The position numbers were made by a program, and so were the translations under genes. Of a DNA stretch of 58,524 nt, positions 19,598-29,648 are shown in pieces (positions within the stretch are counted from its first letter, which is position 1; each line of letters begins with the position of its first letter). Origin of the DNA: Bacteroidia bacterium (GTDB taxonomy: Bacteria > Bacteroidota > Bacteroidia > M30B66). The stretch spans positions 1 through 58,524 of the forward strand of contig JBBEBC010000153.1 of the NCBI GenBank assembly GCA_040882555.1, written 5' to 3'. A model generated the notes under the pieces. The model had not been told where the DNA came from, did not search any database, and saw only the letters and a program-made list of their open reading frames with translations.

Positions 19598-20467
19598 ATG
19601 TCTAAGCTTTTATTAATTTGCTTGTTTGCACTACTTTCTCAATCTCTTTTGGGGCAAGGATTTGAAAATAAATACACTGTTTATTTTGAAACCGATAAAG
19701 ACACTCCTGCGGAAAAAGAAGTATTAAAAATAGGAACCTTGAATTATATTAAGCCTAGGGATACACTTTCGATTTCGGCATATTGTGATTCACGGGCTTC
19801 AGCATTATACAATATAGATCTAGCAGAAAGGAGATTGCAAAATGTGATAGAGTATCTCTACTCTAAATTAAATAACGGAGATAGCCTTGTATGGGTTTTA
19901 AATGCTTTTGGAGAAGAAAATCCGATTAGTTCTAACCAAACCATTGAAGGGATGGCCTTGAATAGGAGAGTCGAGATTGAAGTAAAACAATTGGTTAAAC
20001 TGAATGAGTCAAATAAATTGAAAATCAAAGGATTACAATCGAGTTCAAATGTGACGGGTGATTTATTATCAAAAATTGAGGAAAGTAGAAAAAGCGGTAA
20101 ATCGGTTGCTATCGACAACCTTTTGTTTAAGCCGGGTCTAGATATAATAGTTGATAAAAGTATTCCTGTTTTAAAAGAATTATTGGAGATAATGATGACA
20201 AATGCTGATCTTAAAATAGAGATTCATGGTCATGTTTGTTGCACAGGTGTGCATATGGAAGATGGTATTAATAACAGAACAGGAAGCAGTCATCTTTCGA
20301 AAGATAGGGCGGAAGCAGTATTAAATTATTTAACAGATAATGGAATTGATGCTAATAGAATGAGCACAATTGGATTTGGTGGATCTCAAAAGTTATTTGA
20401 CCCTGAAACGAATGAATTTGAGCAAGATAAGAATCGACGAGTGGAGATAAAGGTGGTATCAAATTGA
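19598..20467 (+). CDS. OmpA-family protein with two OmpA-like peptidoglycan-binding domains
   Basis: YNIDLAERR...NRRVEI, then IEIHGHVCC...LSKDRAEAV...NRRVEIKV; signal peptide present. Confidence 0.85.
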   Translation: MSKLLLICLFALLSQSLLGQGFENKYTVYFETDKDTPAEKEVLKIGTLNYIKPRDTLSISAYCDSRASALYNIDLAERRLQNVIEYLYSKLNNGDSLVWVLNAFGEENPISSNQTIEGMALNRRVEIEVKQLVKLNESNKLKIKGLQSSSNVTGDLLSKIEESRKSGKSVAIDNLLFKPGLDIIVDKSIPVLKELLEIMMTNADLKIEIHGHVCCTGVHMEDGINNRTGSSHLSKDRAEAVLNYLTDNGIDANRMSTIGFGGSQKLFDPETNEFEQDKNRRVEIKVVSN

Positions 20468-20603
20468 ATCGATTCATTTAATCGCTTATAATTGTAATCT
20501 ACTGTTCCTTGCAATCTTCTTTATTTTACTGAGAGAATCAGTGAGTTAACAATTTTTAAAGAATAGTTAATTCGCCCAGAGGGACAAATAAAATACTCGG
20601 CTC

Positions 20604-23221
20604 TTATTGTTTAATCCATTTCATAGACCCTTTACTTTTGATGTTCTCCCAAGTTAAAATGTATAGTCCTGCTGATAATTCATTGGTAGGAATTAATACG
20701 TGATGTGTATTGAAACTCATTTCTGAAACGCATTTTCCTTGTAGATTGAAGATTTGAACATGATTTGCTTGCTCCATATCAAAGGTTATTTGAAGTGAGT
20801 TTTGGGTTTGAAGCAGCAGCGGTTTTTGATTGGTAGACATTATAGATGTACATTCTTCCACGCTGATTTCACCGGAAATTGATGATGTACAACTGTTAGC
20901 ATCGGTATAAGTATATACAATAGTGTATAGGCCTGCACCAACTTGGTTAGGGAAAAAAGTTGAACCAGAAACAGTGTTTCCGGAATAATTTCCTCCCGCT
21001 GGCAAAATCTCAGCTAATTCATATGAATCAGATTGAGAACAAGCCAAAGCATCTAGACTTCCTATCAATTCTGGTACTTCATTTATTTCAAAAGTGTTTG
21101 AAGCTCCGCCAATGAATTCAGGATTGCTTGAAATTATTCGAACTTTAAATGCTGTTCCACTTAAATTAGCTGGAATTAAAACCTCAAACAAATCAGACTC
21201 GACTTCTAAAAAAGTTCCCAAGCTAGTTGAATTGTTGAAGTCACCATTTGAATCACTTATTTGAACAGTAAAAATATTTGAAGCTTCATAACTTCCTGAT
21301 ATTGAATAACTAACTATTAGTTCATCACTCTGGCAGTAAGTCGAGTTATTGGTATTTGTAGCTTCAATAGAAACTTGAGCAGAAGTTGCAAAACAGCAGG
21401 TATTGCTCCATTGGCCAGCATTTCCATTACCAACGGCTCTTACTCGCCAGCAATAATTAGTTCCTTCTAATAAATTGTTGATTTGTAATGACGAGCCTGA
21501 AATATTTGAATATTCTGGTTCCCCGTTCAAACCTGACGTTTTTATTTCGACCTGATAGTAATCAGCACCATTGATTGGACTCCAAGAAAAATTAGTTGAG
21601 TTAATTTGAATGTTTGCCGAACCGCACGCAGGCGAAACTGTGTTAGGTGCAGCGAGAAGTATTAATGGTAAATCACCAGTAGAAAACCATCTTTGTGTCC
21701 ATGCTGAAGTATCTAAAGCGTTTATGGCTCTAACTCTCCAGAAATAGACCGTATTATCTATTAAACCATTAAAGGCTTGCTGAGTATCACTGTTTCCATT
21801 ACTAGAGTTGATATAGCTTTTATCAAAGGAAACAAAAGCCGATGTATTGAATAAATTACTGGTATCTAGCTGGACTTGATAAATTAGAATACCAATATGG
21901 GGATCCCAATTGAGTGTGGGATTAACTGAAATATTTAAGGCGGCTTCATTCGGGGTAACTAGATTAACAAAATCCCGAGTATCGAATATCCAAACGCTTG
22001 ACCAACTGGAGGTATCTACATTATTTCTAGCTCTAACCCGCCAATGATAAGTTTTACCGAAATACAAATCGGAGAGAAACGATTGTGTATCAGAGTTTCC
22101 GTCGGTCGAATTGATATAACTATTAGTTATACTTCTTAAAGCTGGAGAATTGAATGCAGCAGAGGTATCAGCTTGCATATCATAAAAATCAACACCCGTG
22201 TGTGGCAACCAATTGATGGTTATACCTGTCCAAGTGCTCGTATTATTGGGAGATGACTGTGTAACAAAGTCGCGAGTAGTGAATGTCCAAATGCTTGACC
22301 AGCTGGATGTGTCTACATTATTTCTGGCTCTTACTCTCCAATGGTAAGTTTTGCCGAAGTACAAATCGGAGAGAAACGATTGTGTATCAGAGTTTCCGTC
22401 GGTCGAATTGATATAACTATTAGTTATACTTCTTAAAGCTGGAGAATTGAATGCAGCAGAGGTATCAGCTTGCATATCATAAAAATCAACACCCGTGTGT
22501 GGCAACCAATTGATGGTTATACCTGTCCAAGTGTCTGTATTATTGGGAGATGACTGCGTAACATAGTTTCGAGTAGTGAATGTCCAAACACTTGACCAGT
22601 TAGAAGTATCTACACTATTTCGAGCTCTAACTCGCCAATGGTAAGTTTTACCGAAATACAAATCGGAGAGAAACGATTGAGTATCAGAGTTTCCATCAGT
22701 CGAATTAATATAGTTATTCGTAATACTAATCAAGGCAGGTGAATTGAATGCATTGGAGGTGTCTACTTCTAGATCATAAAAACTTACACCTGTGTGCGGC
22801 AACCAATTGATGGTTATACCTGTCCAAGTGTCGGTATTATTGGGAGATGACTGTGTAACAAAGTCGCGGGTTAAAAAATTAGAACTGGCCCACTCAGAGG
22901 TGTCATTTGTAATATAAGCTCTTACACGCCAATAGTAAATTTGTCCAAATCTTAAATATTCGGAATGACTTGTGTATCAGAGTTTCCAGAGCTGGAATTG
23001 ATATATGCATTGGTGGCTCCAGAAAGCAGAGAGGAGTTAAAAAGGGCAGAGGTATCCCATTGAACTTGATAGAAAGAGGAATTAGAAACTGAATTCCAAT
23101 TTAAATTGATACCAACATAAACGTCAGAACCGGCAGAAGGTGAAGTTATAGTTGGGGTATTCCATGCTGATGCAGTAATGGAAATAGTTGTAATAAATAA
23201 AAAAAGTTTGAATTTTAGCAT
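20604..23221 (-). pseudogene. FN3-like repeat T9SS cargo gene split by a single-base deletion near 22955 (about 872 aa if intact); may be an assembly error
   Basis: ORF 22952-23221 carries the signal peptide and half a repeat. The shifted frame continues LRFGQIYYWRVRAY...TGITINWLPHT into ORF 20604-22802, which ends in a CTD (LSAGLYIL...KWIKQ). Confidence 0.75.
21981..22871 (-). repeat. Three tandem 297-bp (99-aa) near-identical FN3-like units
   Basis: The anchor aaccaattgatggttatacctgtccaagtg occurs at 22207, 22504 and 22801 (period 297). Confidence 0.95.
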
Positions 23222-23263
23222 AGCATAGGATTGTATTAGATTTTATCAGTGTTAAATATAAAA

Positions 23264-23296
23264 AAAATGCTGCTAATTATTCATTAGCAGCATTTT
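23264..23296 (-). terminator. Intrinsic terminator after gyrB
   Basis: AAAATGCTGCTAAT-tattc-ATTAGCAGCATTTT, a perfect 14-bp inverted repeat with a U-tract on the minus strand. Confidence 0.85.
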
Positions 23297-23316
23297 GAAA
23301 GAATACAAATAATCAA

Positions 23317-25287
<1,971 letters not shown>

Positions 25288-25355
25288 TTAAATCTGTAAA
25301 ACTTAAAAAATATATTGTGGACTTTTATAGGCTTAACGCTTTTTTGAAAGCCATG

Positions 25356-25363
25356 CAAATATA
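25356..25363 (-). promoter_or_regulatory. -7 promoter element TATATTTG for gyrB
   Basis: Top strand CAAATATA, 68 nt upstream of the gyrB ATG. Confidence 0.5.
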
Positions 25364-25595
25364 GTGAAATCAAGCCCTTGAGTTACATATGAATAGCTTA
25401 GTTTAAAGGTTTTTTTTCACATTCAATTAACATTTTCGACATTGTCAAAAGGCACTATAAAATATTCAGAGTTTTGGCCATGTTCCGATAGGTTGCGCCG
25501 GTTAGAAAAGGTTAATTATAGAAGCATGAAAGAAATACAAAAGATTAAACTTTTGATTCCTGAAATCTCAAGGTATATTGTGCAAAAAAATAGCT

Positions 25596-26987
25596 ATGGA
25601 TAGGAGAGAATTACTTCGAAAGCTGATGTTGGGTATTCCGGCAGGAGTGTTTCTACCAAGTTTACTAAGTTCCTGTAAGGACGATTTAGTTCCTGGAGAT
25701 ATTAATTTTAGTGGTAAAGTTTTAATAATAGGTGCAGGAGCTGCTGGAATTTATGCAGCAGCATTGCTTGAAGAATATGGTATTGATTACCAAATTGTAG
25801 AAGCAAGTAACCGCACAGGAGGAAGAATAAATTCGAATTTGACTTTCTCTGATGTTCCTATTGAATTAGGCGCGGAAGAAATACATGGTCAACGATCTAT
25901 CCTATATGATTTGGCAAATCATTTTGCAACATCTCGTTTGGGAAAAGACGATTTAACAGATTACTTTCTATTCAATAATCAATTGAGAACTGAGTCTTAC
26001 CTAAGAGAATCGGCAGAGTTAGCTGGTGAAGGAGAAACTTTGTATCAACTGATAGATAGCTTAGGCACTTATCCTGGAACTAATCAAACGTTAACTCAGT
26101 ATCTAACAGATTTTCCTGTCGACTCAAGATTGATGCAGATAGCAAATGCTTTAGTAGGAAATGAGTATGGTGCAGACAACGATCTTATAGGGATGGTTGC
26201 TTTGCGCGAAGCCGAATCATTATATTCATCTGGGAGCACCAACTTCAAATTTAAATCAGGAACTTACTGGAAGCTTTTTGAAGATGCATTTCCTGCGGTT
26301 TTTAATAAAGTAATCCTCAACGAGCAAATAATTTCAATTGATTATTCGGGAAGTACTGTAATGGCTTCGTCAGCCGCTGGCGGAAGCTATACGGCTGATA
26401 AAGTTCTAGTAACTGTACCCTTGAGTATATTAAAAGGTGGAGATATAAATTTTACACCTGCTTTGCCGGCATTAAAAATTTCATCGATTGAAGACATTGA
26501 AATGGGGAATGTGCTGAAGGTTATATTGAAGTTCAATTCTAGATTCTGGGCTGAAGATACATCAAGTATTATAGGGGCAGAAAGAGTTCCTGAGTATTGG
26601 GTAACTCATGCGGGAAAGGAAAGCTCGGATTTCTTGTTAACGGCTTTTGTGGCTGGAACTAAAGCTGAGTCATTGTTGCAGCTTGAAGAGAGTCAGCTTA
26701 TTAGTGCATTGATTAATGAATTGTCTTCTTTGTATCCAATTGGTGCTGTTAGTGGCAGGTTTACTGGTCAGTACGTAATTAAAGATTGGTCACAGGAACC
26801 TTTTATTAGAGGAGCCTATTCGTACCCCTCAATAAATTCTTTAGGCAAACGGACTAGTCTTTCAGATCCAGTTTCTGATAGATTATATTTTGCTGGTGAG
26901 GCCTGTAATTATAATGGTCACATTGGGACGGTTCACGGCGCAATGGAATCTTCTTACATAACTATAGCACAGATATTAAAATCATGA
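25596..26987 (+). CDS. Flavin monoamine oxidase family protein, predicted Tat-exported lipoprotein
   Basis: MDRRELL...LLSSC; GAGAAG dinucleotide fold, EASNRTGGRI, ELGAEEIHG, WSQEPFIRGAYS, FAGEA..GTVHGAMES. Confidence 0.88.
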   Translation: MDRRELLRKLMLGIPAGVFLPSLLSSCKDDLVPGDINFSGKVLIIGAGAAGIYAAALLEEYGIDYQIVEASNRTGGRINSNLTFSDVPIELGAEEIHGQRSILYDLANHFATSRLGKDDLTDYFLFNNQLRTESYLRESAELAGEGETLYQLIDSLGTYPGTNQTLTQYLTDFPVDSRLMQIANALVGNEYGADNDLIGMVALREAESLYSSGSTNFKFKSGTYWKLFEDAFPAVFNKVILNEQIISIDYSGSTVMASSAAGGSYTADKVLVTVPLSILKGGDINFTPALPALKISSIEDIEMGNVLKVILKFNSRFWAEDTSSIIGAERVPEYWVTHAGKESSDFLLTAFVAGTKAESLLQLEESQLISALINELSSLYPIGAVSGRFTGQYVIKDWSQEPFIRGAYSYPSINSLGKRTSLSDPVSDRLYFAGEACNYNGHIGTVHGAMESSYITIAQILKS

Positions 26988-27700
26988 AAAAGCTTAGTTT
27001 ATTCATTTTTATTTTGTTGGTTTCCTCAGCTTCGGCACAGAGGCACTTGGATTTCCAAGCTGGGTATTCATATATTAATCCCACGGAGTGGAACAAAACA
27101 ATCTCGGCTTACAATTATGCACGGCCTTGGCTAGAAGAAAAGCAGCCTGAGTTGCACAGTTCATTTCGAATAGGTGTTGGTTATTCTGGAGTGATAGGGA
27201 AGGGCCTATTTTTATCGCCCTCGTTATCACACCAAATATTCAGTTCTTATGCAGAGAATGGGAATTCTAAAGCTGATTTGAGGTTTAGATGGATGAGTGC
27301 AGAATTAGCATTGGATATTTATCCAATGGAATTTGGATTAGACAGTGTAAGTTTTAAAATTAGACCTTTTGTAAGAATTGGAGGAGGAGCATCTGCCATA
27401 TTACCTCGTGTATTCTTGAACGATTCATTAAGTACGGCAAGGGATGAAGAGTACAATCCGATTGTCTGGACTTATCAGTTTTCTGGTGGAATAGGATGCA
27501 GGTTTGCCATTTCAAATACCATAGACCTAACGCCAATGATTACAACCTCATACTTTCCTTCAATTGATATTGAAAACTTTAGATATGCTCTTCATGGCAC
27601 TGAACAACCTGGATTAACGGATATAGATAAATTCATGAATTGGCGATTTACACTATCTTTATCCATAAGATTAGGAAGTAAAGACAACCTTACTGATTAA
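26984..27700 (+). CDS. Putative small outer-membrane beta-barrel protein
   Basis: Signal peptide; alternating amphipathic strands (RPFVRIGGG, YQFSGGIGCRF); ATGA overlap with the oxidase gene. Confidence 0.65.
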   Translation: MKKLSLFIFILLVSSASAQRHLDFQAGYSYINPTEWNKTISAYNYARPWLEEKQPELHSSFRIGVGYSGVIGKGLFLSPSLSHQIFSSYAENGNSKADLRFRWMSAELALDIYPMEFGLDSVSFKIRPFVRIGGGASAILPRVFLNDSLSTARDEEYNPIVWTYQFSGGIGCRFAISNTIDLTPMITTSYFPSIDIENFRYALHGTEQPGLTDIDKFMNWRFTLSLSIRLGSKDNLTD

Positions 27701-27743
27701 TTTACAAGGCATGATAATTGAACAATTATTTGAAATTAAAAAC

Positions 27744-28124
27744 ATGAAAAAATTTATTTTAAGTGCAGCAGTTTTGATGATATCATCAGGAATTGCATTT
27801 TCACAAACATCTAAACAAGCTCCGGCAAAAGCTCCAGCTAAATCAGAAGTTAAAAAAGAAGAAACAAAAAAGGCCCCAGTAAATCAGGCAGTCACACCGG
27901 CTGTTAAGAAAGAAGCAGCAGCTCCAAATACCAGAACTCCTCAAATAAGACAAGTTCAAAAAGAGCAAGCAAGTCCGGCTAATTCGGATACAAAAACAAA
28001 AAAGGACGGGACTCCGGATAGAAGGTATAAAGAGAATAAGAGTCTTAAGAAGGACGGCACTCCTGACAAAAGGTATAAAGAGAATAAATCAGCAACGCCG
28101 GCACCAGCAAAAAGTGCTAAATAA
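27744..28124 (+). CDS. Secreted basic K/A/P-rich protein with 2 x KKDGTPD(R/K)RYKENK
   Basis: Signal peptide MKKFILSAAVLMISSGIAFSQ; 48-bp duplicated motif at 27999-28088. Confidence 0.8.
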   Translation: MKKFILSAAVLMISSGIAFSQTSKQAPAKAPAKSEVKKEETKKAPVNQAVTPAVKKEAAAPNTRTPQIRQVQKEQASPANSDTKTKKDGTPDRRYKENKSLKKDGTPDKRYKENKSATPAPAKSAK

Positions 28125-28154
28125 GAAATTCTGAAAATGAAATTAAGCCTGTAA

Positions 28155-29648
28155 TCAATTGATTGCAGGCTTTTTTATTTGGTATAACCGGCCATCCACA
28201 TCTTCGAATTGAAGTATCTCTTTTAATTCTAAATTCAAGCTATTTCTTAGCTCATTATCCTGAGTCTTGGAATTTAAACTAATAAGAAAGTCAGCTGACG
28301 ATTGCACTCTATTTCGTTCCAGAATTTGATTACCACTGAGCAATTCATACTCCTTACAAATATCTCTATTTAAGTATTGAATGATTAGTTTTGATTTTTG
28401 TCTTGAAAGGCAAAATGCCAAAAAATCAGTTGAGGCTCCATTTGATTGGGTTATTAGAAGAACTGAATTTTCGGGGATGAATTCTTTGGCCTTGTTAATT
28501 GAAATTGCTTTTTGACTAAATGAATTCCAATTTAAATATTGAATTCTTAAGTGAGCAATAGAAACAATTAATGAAAGTATGGCTATAGTTAAAATCCACG
28601 CTTTTTTAATTCTCAAGCATGCTAAAGAAAGCAAAAGGAAAATAGCAGATAACAATAACCAATGGGAAGCACTAGAAACAAGATTGTAATTAGCGTCGGG
28701 AAGAATGAAAAATAGTAGAAGAAAAACTAAAGATGAAAAGTAAAGAAGCTGATGCCAAAAACGCTGGGTTTTATCTGGTTTTAATCTATAGAAAATTGAA
28801 ATTAAAGAGAATAGGAATAGAATTCCATAAAGAAGGGAAATGATAACCAGGATCATGTTTTCTTCATCGGAAAAGGAATATAGAACCTTGAAATAAAGAA
28901 GGTCTCGAAATCTTGAGGGCAGGTCAACTTTTGCAAATTCAAGTGAATTGAAAAGAAAGTCATTTAATAAAACAAAAGGAACTAATGATAATACACAAGC
29001 TGATAAAAATGGAATACCAAATTGAAACTTTAGATTCTTCGATGGATTTAATAGAATGAATACAGTTGAAATAGCTATAATTGAGAGAAGAGCAGGTAAG
29101 CCAGATATTCCTGCAAAGAATAAACATAGCAAGAATTCTAAGAAAAAGCGAATAGGTTGTATTTTACTTTTTTGAATAAAAATCAGGATTCTTATTGCCC
29201 ATAAAACGGATAAGATACTGAACAAAAAATTCCAATCGCCTGAAATGAATGGATAAGAAAAAACAAAAGGGAAAATCAAAAACGGGCGATAATCGGCTTT
29301 GGAATTAATGGATAGAATAATGTTTCTTGAAATAAATAGAAAAGAAACAATCCACAGGCTAGAAATAATCTTATCGAAAAGGCTTTCGGATATTAAATTC
29401 CCTTTGAGAAACTGAAGGAAAATAGAGAAACTGCCTGTGTAATTAACAGATACGACTTCATAATATGTAGAATAGAAGTTACCGTTCTGAAGGATTCTTT
29501 CATTTAGTATTTCAGCAAAATAGTTTGAAACAGGACCGGTAATTGAAATGAAATAGTCGGTTAACCAAACAGGTAGTATAAAAATTAGTGTTAGGTTAAT
29601 AAATACCCCTAACAATATACTCTTTCTAAGTTCCTTTAAGCGGCTCAC
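28155..29648 (-). CDS. Polytopic membrane protein, possibly GT-C-like
   Basis: About a dozen hydrophobic segments followed by a soluble C-terminal domain; 4-bp overlap with the upstream GH3 gene. Confidence 0.65.
   Translation of the reverse strand: MSRLKELRKSILLGVFINLTLIFILPVWLTDYFISITGPVSNYFAEILNERILQNGNFYSTYYEVVSVNYTGSFSIFLQFLKGNLISESLFDKIISSLWIVSFLFISRNIILSINSKADYRPFLIFPFVFSYPFISGDWNFLFSILSVLWAIRILIFIQKSKIQPIRFFLEFLLCLFFAGISGLPALLSIIAISTVFILLNPSKNLKFQFGIPFLSACVLSLVPFVLLNDFLFNSLEFAKVDLPSRFRDLLYFKVLYSFSDEENMILVIISLLYGILFLFSLISIFYRLKPDKTQRFWHQLLYFSSLVFLLLFFILPDANYNLVSSASHWLLLSAIFLLLSLACLRIKKAWILTIAILSLIVSIAHLRIQYLNWNSFSQKAISINKAKEFIPENSVLLITQSNGASTDFLAFCLSRQKSKLIIQYLNRDICKEYELLSGNQILERNRVQSSADFLISLNSKTQDNELRNSLNLELKEILQFEDVDGRLYQIKKPAIN

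Noticed and set aside
21981-22871. Regular direct repeats considered as a CRISPR array or a DGR template/variable pair
   Set aside because: The units are 297 bp, in frame and coding, with no unique spacers. Differences are not adenine-specific, and there is no cas or reverse transcriptase gene in the window.
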